Part shown: one piece after another, positions 39,712 to 51,968 of the stretch
Layout of the letters: each line of letters begins with the position of its first letter
Numbering within the stretch: the stretch's first letter is position 1
Assembly: GCF_006345805.1 (NCBI RefSeq)
Contig: NC_043013.1
Coordinates: 30,132,001 to 30,196,000, forward strand
From: Octopus sinensis
Taxonomy: Eukaryota
Direction: 5' to 3'
Length of the DNA: 64,000 nt
Made by a program: the position numbers and the translations under genes
Notes under the pieces: model-generated
Seen by the model: only the letters and a program-made list of their open reading frames with translations
Databases searched by the model: none
Told to the model about the DNA's origin: nothing

Positions 39712-39716
<5 letters not shown>
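37202..39716. repeat. Inverted array of 492-bp units (2 full + 210 bp forward; 444 bp + 1 full + 385 bp reverse), flanked by (TA)n
   Basis: The same 66-aa ORF occurs at 37495 and 37987 (-) and at 38838 and 39330 (+). Orientation switches at 38395/38396 (GAGAAAATT|GCTGCCGAT). Confidence 0.97.
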
Positions 39717-39763
<47 letters not shown>

Positions 39764-39789
39764 ATATATATATATATCTGAGACATCCT

Positions 39790-39975
39790 ACGGTCACGAA
39801 ACAGACCATGGGAATGAAAGTTACCCTCCCAGGCACAAGTCCGACCAAGGTTTTTTATGGAAGACCAGCAGTCACCCATGCATGCCGGCTTCCCCTCTAC
39901 ACGCCACCAGTGCTATCCAAGGGAAAGGCAAAGGCCGATACAGCTTGGCACTTGTGACGTCGCAACTCACTTTCT
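39790..39975 (+). mobile_element. Interspersed repeat fragment embedded in (TA)n
   Basis: GC-richer island (CCAAGGGAAAGGCAAAGGCCGATACAGCTTGGCAC...) that I recall as an octopus interspersed repeat; no second copy in this window. Confidence 0.4.
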
Positions 39976-39992
39976 ACAGCTGAGTGAAGCTG

Positions 39993-40043
<51 letters not shown>

Positions 40044-40191
40044 GTATATATCAAAATGCATATATACATTCATATCTAGATATACATATATGTATATATA
40101 TATATATATGAATGTGTGTATATATGTGTCAAACCTCTACATATATAACTATGTATGTATATATATATATAGATATATGAATATATATAGT

Positions 40192-40235
40192 CACTAGCAT
40201 TAAAGACCCGTCGTTGCCGGGCCATAGTGCTAGTG
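40192..40235. other. 44-bp imperfect palindrome made of Helentron-like termini
   Basis: CACTAGCATTAAAGACCCG-TCGTTGC-CGGGCCATAGTGCTAGTG. Confidence 0.7.
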
Positions 40236-40439
40236 CATGTATATATGTGTACATATTACATGTACATCTATATATATACATCTACCGATAAAATACAAAA
40301 TACAAAGTTATATCTTGATATCGCTAGTGATAACAATACTCAAAATATATAACAGACTGAAATTGTTAACCCGTCTCTTGTAATTTCGATCAATTGTCTC
40401 TTGTCCTCCCTCTTGTATAGAAGTGTGGCTACAATCCAG

Positions 40440-41331
40440 CCTACCTCTACTTCTGGGGGGGGGGGCATTAAAAAAATTTTTCCGGGACGTCCTACGTCCC
40501 AGATATAAAGGTAAAAATAATATATTCCCACTTTGCAAGTTCGAGTCGAGTACTCCCTTGCACGCTCCATTGACTTGAACCTTGCTTCTATTGTGGCGAA
40601 TTTACGCCTATGATTAGATACCTTTCATAGTCATACCAAGACACTTTTCGAAGGTGCTTTCCTCTATGTGTTCAAATCTTCTTTTTTCGCTACATTGTAC
40701 GCTTTATAGACAATAGTCTTATCTTTAATTTAATTATTTATTATCCATCTGGATTATTCCATTTCTGCACGCTAATTTTATTTTTAATTTATTCCCATTC
40801 ATGTGAAACCACTTATTCAAGTTCAAATCATTGATGCAATTTTATACCAATTGCTATTTTTACTTTTGTTAAGTTACTTTAGTTTGATTTTAATTATTTC
40901 TTACTACATATAATTCAATTGTTATTATTATTTTTATTGTTAAGGTGAAAGTATCTGACATAAAATAGAGAAACGTTTTTGTTTCACTTTTAACACGTAA
41001 TATTGAAATAGTGGAGAAGATATGATATTGGTATGGGCTCGCTCTAGGCAAGAAATTGAACATTTTTTTGCCCATGAAACTACATGGACCCTAGGTAAGG
41101 CATGTGTAAAATTTGAATGGAATTGGTTGCGTAGTTCTCCAGTTTTAGGGGATCGTAGTGGAGAAGATATGATATTGCTGTGGGCTCGCCCTAAGCAAAA
41201 GTTCAAGACACTCCCCGGACCCTAAGTAAGGCATGTGTAAAATTTGAATGAAATTGGTTGTGTAGTTCTCAAGTTTTAGGGAAACACACAGACAGACAGA
41301 CAGACATTCTCAGTTTTATATATATAAAGAT
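40440..41331 (+). mobile_element. HINE/DINE-1-like element with ~147-bp internal tandem repeat and (CAGA)n near its 3' end; 5' boundary uncertain
   Basis: TAGTGGAGAAGATATGATATTG...AAGGCATGTGTAAAATTTGAATG repeats at 41009 and 41156; ends ACAGACAGACAGACATTCTCAGTTTTATATATATAAAGAT. Confidence 0.65.
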
Positions 41332-42042
41332 TATAGTTTGAACAATTAGTTTATCGTGCACTTCACTTCAATAGAGAAATCCATTCCTAAGCCTTTTATT
41401 ATTCCTTTAACCCTTCTCTTCCTACTATCTAACTTTGACGTCAATTCTACTAACAGTTTTTTTTAAACAGTTATTAACATGTTGTTTATCATGTAGGCAG
41501 TCATCGTAATTATTATATTGTCTTGTTGGTGAGAGAGGCTCCCTTTCTTTCCTGATGAGAAGATTTCATCTTACACCGTTTATTCCTTTGGAATAAAACA
41601 ATGTTGTCTTCGAAACATATGTCGAAAGTAAAGGAATTTTATTAACATCTTCGTTCAACTCCATTTATTTATTTATTCATACATATCCATATATATATAT
41701 ATTCACATTTATATAGTGAGTGTGAGAGAGAGAACCGGAGAAAGAATAGAGAGGTAACTGTTACTATGATAAATTTATACGGTACATAGCACTGGTATAG
41801 CGAGATGTAGTTCTCAACCATCCTTAACCAATATTTAAAATTTCATAAATGATTAATATTTCTCTTCTGACAGAAACATCCAAAACAGAATCAAGAAAGC
41901 CAAACCACACAAAAACTACATGTGCTCCAAGTTTTTTTGTTTGTTTAATGCTTCTCTCTTTCTGTATACGTATGTATGTATGTATGTATGTATGTATGTA
42001 TGTATGTATGTATCTATAAATACATACATACACACTCACACA

Positions 42043-42100
<58 letters not shown>

Positions 42101-42706
42101 CGCATATATCTACGTCTATTTACATATGTATATGTCATCTGCGAGTGTTTGTTGTTTCATTAATCAATCCTTGATGTAGATAATGTAGGTGTGAATATAT
42201 CCATGTGGGTGTGTATATATAAAAGATGCAGTAAGCCTAGTACAGCCAAAAGGTTAAGTAATTTGCTCTGCATCACGATAATAGGGTTCGATTCCACAGC
42301 ATGGCGTTTTAGAGACTTGAGGCAACTCCTACTCTGTTAGCGAAAGTGTTTAAGCCTAAACTATATAAGATACTTCAAATTGCACGCATCTTTAATTAGA
42401 AACATACAGACTTGTTACATACTCAGGCACTTCATATTGCATCAGAATTCACTTAAGACCCAGGGGCCCCTGAAAAGATATTCCATCCATCCATCCATCC
42501 TTCTATACACACACGTAAGCACACACATATCTATCTATACAGACATATATATATTTATATATGTATATATATATACATATACATACACACACACACATAT
42601 ATATATATATATAAATAAAATTTAAAAAAGATATACATATATATATATATATATATATAATACACACATTCATATATAGATATATACGTACACATACATA
42701 TATTTA

Positions 42707-43008
42707 TATATATAAAATATTAGAAAAAAGGCACCTTTTATCAATTTAAAATGAATAATTAAATTACACCATCTAGAAAATTACATATAATAGAAAAGTT
42801 AAAATTAAAATAACAATTAAAAAGTAAAGATTAACTTACAGGTAAAATTGAACCACTCTTTTGGAATTCATCATTGAAGGATATTCCTATACTATCTAGA
42901 AAAGAATATCTTTTAAAACTTATTATATGTAATTTTCTAGATGGTGTAATTTAATTATTCCTTTTGAATTGATAAAAGGTGGGTTTTTTTCTAATATGTT
43001 ATATATAT
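42707..43008. repeat. Inverted repeat, ~87-bp arms, 128-bp spacer
   Basis: 42753-42792 is the exact reverse complement of 42921-42960 (40 bp); the arms extend further with a few mismatches. Confidence 0.92.
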
Positions 43009-43139
43009 TATATTGTGTGGAATTTGATTTAGTATTTCTAAATTGAATTCTTTTTCCTTGTAAGTTTGGATTTTATTCCCTCAAATAATAATTATATTTA
43101 TATAAATATATATATATATATATGTGCATGTATATATGG

Positions 43140-43176
<37 letters not shown>

Positions 43177-43544
43177 TACATACATAGATACATAGACAAA
43201 CATATATACTGATGCATACATGCGTCACTTCATAGCTAGAAAGGGAGATACAAACCAACTAATAAAGTATAAAGCATAAATAGATACAAATCACATTATC
43301 TTCTTTGGAAAATAAATAGTGTGATGTATAGACAAAAGAATTAATATTACTCGCTTCTTTGGAGTATCAAATATAAAATTCAATCTGGTACGGCGATAAT
43401 AATTCAATTAGCGAAGGGTATCTTGCCTTTTCTTTCAGTTATTTGTTTTTCTTCATGACTTAATTGTTATTTGTTTTTCCTCATGACTTGACTCTGAGCC
43501 TTTTCATCTCTATTCTCCTCGCAATATTTCTATTATTTTGTAAG

Positions 43545-43775
43545 GGGTCATACTGGCCGAATCATTACCGCGCTGGAAAGAATGCTTAGCGGCATTTCGT
43601 CCGTCTTCCTGATCGGAGTTCATATTTTGCCGAGGTCGGCTTTGTCTTTCGTCAATGTAGGCGTCAATAAAATAAGTTCCCCTTGCGTACTGGTGTCGAT
43701 ATTAATCGATTTATTCGCATTTCCGGAACTTCTGGCTCTCTGCCAAAATTTGAGAACAAATATTGCTATTGGTTT
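43545..43775 (+). mobile_element. SINE family 2, diverged copy
   Basis: AATGCTTAGCGGCATTTCGTCCGTC...GCCGAGGTCGGCTTTGTCTTTC...ATAAAATAAGT. Confidence 0.75.
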
Positions 43776-44622
43776 TCTGTTATTAATCTACCAGATTTCT
43801 TTCCGGTTCCTCACTCATTTGCTCACTGTTGCCTAACCATTCCTCTGAATTTATCATGTCTTTTTTTCTAAATTAAAGAAAGCTTTATGGTAATTTGAAG
43901 CTCGTAAAGATTGTGACAATAAGTTTATCGGTTGTACAATAAATCAACGTATTAGAAGTAACGGTCAAATTACACACTGACGTTTTTAAAACGAATGTGG
44001 TGAATATTATTGTCTTAGATATATCTCTATGTCAAAATACAGGATGCACTCAGGATCATACGTTTACTCCATCATGTGTGATTTGAGGAGAAGGAACATC
44101 AACATCTGCCGCCACCATAGATACTAGTTGTCGCGTAGGTAAATATAACAAATATTCAGGAGGTGAAAATGGAGGAAAAATTAATTTTGGTATTTCTTCC
44201 CGTTCATTGCGCTGCGGTAACGAAATCAAAGTATTTCGAACGATAATTGAAACGGAATCGCTCTCTCACTCTCTCTTCTTTCTCTCCTCTCTCTCCCGTC
44301 CCTCTTTGTTATAAGAAACTACTGTATATTCACTATATTAATAAAAGACAAATATTCATACATTTGCATATGAAATCAGAGCGCGAGAGTAGGCATTGAT
44401 AAGCTGTAAGGTACTGGACCGGTCTCATCACGCATTTTGCCAGTTTACAGCTTCTTTTCTTTAATATGTTTCACTCATCAGATTGCGGCTATACTGGTGC
44501 ACTGCCTTGAAGAATTTGAGTCGAATGTTAAAACAATACAAACGCGTATTGTGACCAGCGAGGTGTAACAACATCCGATAGTGTGGTTAGTCACATGATC
44601 ACGCGATATATACATATATATG

Positions 44623-44658
<36 letters not shown>

Positions 44659-44841
44659 CATACATACATACATACATACATACATGTATTAGAAAGTTTG
44701 GAGATGATGTACAGGTATTATGTATTAGGAGAAATGAGCTACTCTGAAATCTGGATGGTTTTATATTTACAGATATTTATTGATATGTAACAAGTTTTTA
44801 TATATCATATATATTAGTACACACGCACACATATATTATAT

Positions 44842-44884
<43 letters not shown>

Positions 44885-44893
<9 letters not shown>

Positions 44894-45117
44894 TCATAAG
44901 GTCTCTGCAGATTTTTCATCCTGCACATCACTATAGTGCTTGCTACTTCAAGAGTTTTTCGGTGAACGGATTATTTCGACCAGGAACTTTGGCGACCAAG
45001 ATCTTCCGATTTAAGACCGCCAGACTTTGTTTTCTGGGAGCAAGTAAAGGGTCAGTGTACAAGAATCGCCCGAAAACCATTATATACTTTCTGCAGTGAG
45101 ACTTTTTGAACGCCCTA
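44885..45117 (+). mobile_element. Tc1/mariner transposase C-terminal remnant with right TIR
   Basis: Frameshifted EFFGERIIS / WRPRSSDLRPPDFVFWEQVKG / VYKNRPKT resembles WPPRSPDLxPxDFFLWG.LK..VY; ends GACTTTTTGAACGCCC-TA. Confidence 0.75.
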
Positions 45118-45191
45118 TATATATATATATACATACACACACACACGCACATATATATATGTGTGTGTGTGTGTCTGTGTGTACATATAGG

Positions 45192-45233
<42 letters not shown>

Positions 45234-45259
45234 ATATATTATATATATATATATAAAAA

Positions 45260-45812
45260 ATAGTAGAGTGAAAAAACGACAGAAGGCTTAAATGTTAAAA
45301 AATATATATATTTGCGTCAATATGTCTGAAGAATATTAGAAAATTAAAAAAAAAATTTTTTTCTCTTATAATGACATAATTAAAAGAAAGACCGGTTTCG
45401 CGTGTAGCTTTTCAAATTTCTTGTGACGTTTTGTTTATGTTGAATAGAGTTATCGTTGTGTTTATGTTCCGGAGAGTTCTAAATAAGGGGAGGTAGTGGG
45501 TGATTTCTTCCGGTGTAAAGGAGATAATCGCTTAAAATTTTTTTTTCCTTTCCCTTAATGTGAATTTCTCTGTATCAGTATGTTCGGATGGTTGAGTCTG
45601 GGCTTGTACTTTTCAATGAAGAATGTTTCCTTGTTTAGTCTAATTTGTGTTGATGATCCGAAAGCACATTGGTAAAATGGAAAGATTAAAAATTGTGGTA
45701 GTAGTTGCTTTGCGCATTTCTCAATGTGCTCACTAAAAGGTATCATTCTATATTCTGGGAATGCAATCTGTTGTCGATGCAGTGTGCATCTACGTCTGAG
45801 TGATAGTAGACG
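45260..45812 (-). mobile_element. Penelope-like element 3' end: GIY-YIG endonuclease C-terminus plus 3' UTR
   Basis: ORF 45555..45830 contains LRRRCTLHRQQI...FSEHIEKC...FLIFPFY...RLNKETFFIEKYKPRLN, like the second half of PLE GIY-YIG domains; a hammerhead-like motif lies downstream. The 3' boundary is approximate. Confidence 0.8.
45384..45422 (-). ncRNA. Minimal type I hammerhead-like motif, family C (U3-A8 core)
   Basis: AAGAAA-U-UUGAAAA-GC UACAC GC-GAA-ACCGGU-C/UUUCUU: 6-bp helix I with one extra U, 2-bp helix II, palindromic ACCGGU helix III, GUC triplet. Confidence 0.65.
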
Positions 45813-45814
45813 AA

Positions 45815-45965
45815 GACAGGTGGTGTACAAAACAAACAGATGTATTAGTATAACGCTCAGGAATAGAAAAATGTTTTTTACGTTTCGAGCCTACGCTCTT
45901 CTACAGAAAAAAAAACAAGGAGAGAAAATAATGTGTGTAGTTGCTAACGATCTATCATGGCGACT
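45815..45965 (-). mobile_element. Short Penelope-associated repeat, family A (second copy)
   Basis: Reverse-complement homolog of 18205-18380. Confidence 0.75.
45874..45912 (-). ncRNA. Minimal type I hammerhead-like motif, family A (A6U core)
   Basis: UUUUUU-CUGUAGA-A-GAGC GUAG GCUC-GAA-ACGU-A/AAAAA with a perfect 4-bp helix II. Confidence 0.65.
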
Positions 45966-45966
45966 G

Positions 45967-46062
<96 letters not shown>

Positions 46063-47192
46063 ATGCGTGCATACATTATATATGTATGTACGCGCATGAG
46101 TTTGTGTATATGTATGTATTCTGTTCAGAAAAATCCCTTCAAAATTGATCTCAAGAATATATTTTTAGGAGTATGATTCCAGATAATAAACTTTTGGAAA
46201 GAAACCAATGAATCTTTACTATAACCGACGATATGCACACTGATGAGGAAAGTTTTATCACGTTGTTGTCTTTAAATCTAAGTCCAAACTATCATAAATA
46301 TAACGTAGCGGTAAAAGTATCACAAATGTCGGTATATTGACAGCGTTTTATCTGCAGTTTTATCCAAAGTGTTATATCTAGTGCCAAGAGTTGAAGAACT
46401 CGCATATTTTATAACCTAATGAATAAAATATACGTCTTTATGTTGTGGATTGGACAATGATTTATATAAACTTATATTTCCCCAAATGTTTTCTTTTTTC
46501 TTCTTCTTCTTCCTGTTATCGATTCCTTCTAATATGAAACTAATTAACGTAGTGTTAAGATCAATAGATATAGATATTCCGCTGAACTTATACTACTGTT
46601 AGTATTGTATTTGTGGTTAGAAGCATTTTTCACAAAAGCTTTACGATATTGCTCTAGAGAAACTTAAGAATAACATATTTCATTTTGCTCCATACTAATA
46701 AATAGGGACTTTTTAGTGAAAATAAACATTTTCTAGACAGAAGTCGGGCGACTTTTTAGATATAAGAAACTTCCAAAAATCGTGTCGAAACTATATAACA
46801 GACTTCAAAGTGTCGAAATCCCGCTTAGGTTAGTTATAACGTTTATTCTTCTAAATTATCCGAAACACGTGAGTCACTTGTGTTATTGTGAAATTCGAGA
46901 TGGCTTGCACAGTCTCCAACTCCAAGTTTTGGAGTAAAATATTCTATAATTCCACTATTGCATATGAAATTAGTAAACGAATATTTCTTTAAACGATTAT
47001 TCCATAAAAATATATTTCAGTCAAATGTTGCCGAAATCATATATCACAGCCATAAACATTGAAAAACGTGCTGGATAATATAGCCTTAGATTTACTGACC
47101 GTGGAAATAACGTTGTAAAGATGGAAAAAGTAAACAAGATAAATAAAAAAGAAATCAGTTCGAAGTAAATGTAATTACTTTATTGAGGTAGG

Positions 47193-47227
47193 AGTGAAGT
47201 TTCGGACAGCTGTCCTTCGTCAAAACT
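47193..47227 (-). ncRNA. Degenerate minimal hammerhead-like motif, family D
   Basis: AGU-U-UUGACGA-A-GGAC AGCU GUCC-GAA-AC UU C/ACU. Confidence 0.5.
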
Positions 47228-48499
47228 AAGGAAGGAGAGGAGAAAGGATGGGTTGTTTTCCCTAAAACATTGATGATCTTTTCTGAACTTGATCTCGATC
47301 ACAGCAAATATTGGATATACACGTATATAATTCGGGCTTATTCAAGTTATAAGAAATACTTAATTATTTAATTATTTAAGTTTATTATTTGGAAAAGAGG
47401 GAAGTACTTGGTAAAAAGACATTCTGTTTGCCTGAATTTGTGAAACTTTTACTCGTTTCTAATCTTTCGCTCTTGGGACTTAAGGCAGAGTGACTGAAGC
47501 GTTAATTAATTATAAAAAGAAACGTCGGTTCTCAATTCATATATAGGAAATGCCGAGGTTTTTCATTCAATGAGCTCCAATTAAATTACTTGTAGCCTAC
47601 TGACAGGAAATCAATCAATATCTTCCTACCTTCTACAAACAATTGCCAATTGTATTTAGTTATATCAGGAAATATTCACCACAAATCTTTCTCAGCGAAA
47701 TGAGACTTCTCCAAAGTTTTAATCTTTCGTGAAAGTTATTTTATTACAGTGGCACCACGGCTATTCTTTAGAAATTCCCGAATATCTGAACTTGCTAAGA
47801 CTATTCAATATGGTAACAATCATTCCTATACAGGTATCTTGGCGAACCGAAGTAACGTCATAAATTATATCACGGGCGGAATATTTTCAATTATTCAACG
47901 AATGCTCTTGCGAAAAGTAGTAAAATGGTTTAATTCCCTACCTGCTACATCACCAAAAATATAAAGAATTCGCGACGAGTAAAACTATTTCTTTTTTCCT
48001 GTAGATAGTTCTATGAGAACATAGAGTCTGTATTATACTTACAGCCGAAGTCATTTCATTTCATTGGCAACGAAAAATCAGGAGCGCCATTGTTACCAAT
48101 CACTCTAGCTTCAACAATGAACAAATACATAGTTCTTATTTGGCCCATAAAAAAGAAACTAATATATTCTAGAGTTATATACAAATATAATTATTCGTGT
48201 AGTTTTTATCTGCGCCATAATTCAATATTTGAAATCTCTTGACTGAGTTACGAAAATGGCATTGAAAAAATTGGTCTTCATTCCTTCTCACATTCTCACT
48301 CTCTCCCTTTCTCTCACTTTTACATATACATCCACACACATACGCATGTACATACACAAACACACGCGCACACACATATATTCACATGCATAGGTGTGTG
48401 TGTGAGGTATATGCGCATATATATTTCAATACACATTTGTATATATATATCTATATATCCATAGATCATATATACATGTATATTCATACATATATATAT

Positions 48500-48565
<66 letters not shown>

Positions 48566-49604
48566 TGTGTGTGCGTGCATATGTGTGTGTGTATCTATGT
48601 ATGTCTGTATGTTGTATACATTTGAGAAGTGAGATTAATCTCGATATTACAATGTAATTTCTATGTTAGCTTCAGCAGCGAAAAAGTTTTAGATTACGTT
48701 AAATAAAAGAAAATGAATAACGTGCAAAATTCAGTAATTAAAAGCCAACACGGACTGGTATATTGTTAAAGAAATAACAAAACAATAATAAACTAACAGA
48801 GAAGACAAAAAAAAAAAATAGCAATTTATATATACAGGAAATAAAAATCAATCATATTGGAAAATTTAAAGAAGGATGACAAACGTATTGAGAATTCTTC
48901 AGATATAAATGTCAAGATTCTGGACTACGGAAATGCAACACTCACTTGCGCACACCGGCACACACACGGAAGCAAACGCATGCGCACACACACACACACG
49001 CGCGTGCAAACATACATGTATATGCATATATGTGTATTTAGCAATATGTATGTGCATATATTATAATATACATTTGTGTATGTTTGTGTATGCGTGTACA
49101 TCATTTGGTATATGTGTAAAGAAAACCTTATATGCGATTGAAAAACAGATAGACACATATACGAACCGATAGAGTGGTAAGGAAAATGAAGAGTAAATAA
49201 ATAATATATTATGTAGAAATTTTAAGCAGAATATGACTCGAAATTGTTTATTATGAATATTTATCGATTCTCATTCCTTTTTTCTTATTTCGGTAACAAT
49301 AATTGAAAATAAACATCGGAGCTGAAAGAGAGAAAAGAATAAGGATCATCCGTTCAGGTAACAATTCAATCGGTTAATCAAATTAACTTTCGCAAATTAT
49401 TTATTCTTCGTTTAATAATAAAAAAGGATGAAAAAAAAGAGGGAAGACGCTATAGAAAATACGTATTAATCGATAAATATTTTTTCTTAAACATTTTTAT
49501 TTTTTTCTTCTCTCCATTCCTTTAGCTGTACAATTTCCTTTTAACGATCTCTGCAGCGCTAGAAGAAATATAATAAAATAGTTGTAATTGTAGGAGTAGT
49601 GGTA

Positions 49605-49614
49605 TTATTATTAT

Positions 49615-49691
<77 letters not shown>

Positions 49692-49762
49692 ATTGTTGTA
49701 GTAGTAGTAGTAGTAGTGGTAGTAGTAGTAGTAGTAGTAATAATAATAATAATGATAATAAT
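49605..49762. repeat. (TAG)n/(TAA)n trinucleotide microsatellite
   Basis: Directly visible; explains the poly-L/T/V ORFs. Confidence 0.98.
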
Positions 49763-50035
49763 AAGGAAAACTGTCTCACGCCTAGGCATAATATCGAGGT
49801 GAATATTGATTGAATTACACCGCTGTGTGTGTGGGAAATATATTTAGCCTCATACTTTTATGCATAAGTGAAGAAATCAATATAAAGATATATAAATAAA
49901 AATATGGCAAGCTCATCCTTGTACAAATCTGAAAAAAATAACAAATTTATATAAACGTAAACGTATATATATATACATACACATACACATACATAAACAT
50001 ATATACATATGTATATATTTATATATCCATCATGT

Positions 50036-50071
<36 letters not shown>

Positions 50072-51754
50072 GCAAATATATTATTATACATACAAATATA
50101 TATACATATACATATATAATATGTGTATATATATTTATATATATATATAATATGTACACATATATATATATATAAATACATACATACATATATATATATG
50201 TACATATGCGTATATATATATATATGTGTGTGTGTGTGTATGAATATGTACATATGCACGCGCATACACATACATTCATAATGACGTCATGCCTAAGTGT
50301 GTGCATATATATATGCCTATTTATGGACTTTTGCATACGGCAGAAAAAATTCAGTGTACACGTAGCAAAGTTTCACTCTCATATATTTGAAATGGGGTTC
50401 CTATGTTTTAGTATTCAGCGCATCGCATTTCCGTCAATCACGACGACTGAAATTACAAAACAAATATCATGTTTCGAGGTCTCTTCACGTCATAGATGCA
50501 TAGTTGCTAGTCAGTTGATTATAGGTAACTAAGTAGGCAACAACACTCTCGCAGAGAGCGAATAGCATCTGGTATGTTCATGTGGTTACGAATGGGGGAG
50601 AATGTAAGTAATGTGGTGAGTGATGTGGGTAAGATGGAAGAGGAATTCAGTAGGATGCAATGAAGTGAGAGTGAGGTATGTAGACCTTACTGTGTGATCC
50701 AGGCCATTTAAATTGCAACGATCAGAAGGAGATTCTCTGCACTCCGTCAAGTAGTAAGAAGATAGTCCAGGCAAGGTGGAAAAGGACATACAAAATGCTA
50801 AAAAAACAATTTGACAAGAAGGAAGGAAAATTTGTTATAGAGAAGTAAGACAGGTAAGAGATAGAGTTTTGCCAGAAGATTAAGTTAGTCGAAAGTAAAC
50901 CAGTGAAAATCTACACAAACTCCGAGTACATGTTTGTTTAACAATATAATTTACACACTGTAAACATGCTTAGTATGTTCAGTAAATGCAACTATCTCAC
51001 CCAGAAATACGAAAATGCATGAGGCGTACATCTATTCGGCCATGTTTATGTATATTTATTCTCACCCACATCTATTTGTAATAATGAATAATAACCAAAT
51101 ATAATTTAAAATGTCTGGAAACTAGTATTACATCTATTACAAGTATGCCACCTAGAAACTGTCTAAAATAATGGCTTAGGTTTCCAAAGGCATCACAAAA
51201 TTTACGAACAAGGAAAAAATGTAGTCAATAGACGTATAAACGCTTATTTATAACACCACGTAAACACATATGCCTATATACCTCTCGCCATTTCATTCCA
51301 ACTTTTGAAAAATTTAGAAGTATTTCGGAACCTATTGTTATTCTTGAAGAAATATTATGTTTCCCCGTGTCTCCTTAGGATTATGCTTGGATTATTTGCA
51401 TTTTTGGTTTTGATTATTTGATACTTAATTTCTGCAGATTAAAGGATCTAACGCTGAGTTTTCATAATAAGGGTTTTGAAATCCGAAATATCGAAATGTG
51501 AATTTAAAACGTAATCCGTTCCTCGTGTTCTATGATCATTTTGCTGAAGTTTACAATATCTTTACTTTAAAACCTACACATACACATTGACACAATACAC
51601 ATTAATGCTTACACGAAAATATGTCTGTGTAGAAACACATGCATATACACAAACAATTTCACATAACACACGCACGCAAGTATATATCTTTTACAAACAA
51701 ACAAGGAATACACTGCGATGTCTTTCGTTGTTTTAAAATTAGGACAGGATTTAC

Positions 51755-51968
51755 GGCGGTGAGGTGGCAGACTCGTTATCACGCTGGGCTTTGTGGCATT
51801 TCGTCCCTCTTTACGTTCTGAATTCAAATTCGGCTGCACGACTTTGCCTTTCATCCCTTTCAGGGGTCGATAAATTTTGTAATATTTGAGTACTGGGGTC
51901 AATGTAATTGACTAGCACCACCTCCTAAACGTACTGGCCTTGTGCCATTATTTGAAGCGAAGATTATT
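51755..51968 (+). mobile_element. SINE family 2, diverged copy
   Basis: GGCATTTCGTCCCTCTTTACGTTCTGAATTCAAATTC...GACTTTGCCTTTCATCCCTTTCAGGGGTCGATAAATT. Confidence 0.85.

Noticed and set aside
37202-39716. CRISPR-like or phage-derived array
   Set aside because: Units are long and identical with no unique spacers, and the context is eukaryotic repeat DNA.
39778-39812. CTGAGAC...GTCACGAAAC hammerhead-like string
   Set aside because: Core spacing is wrong and there is no valid cleavage triplet with helix I.
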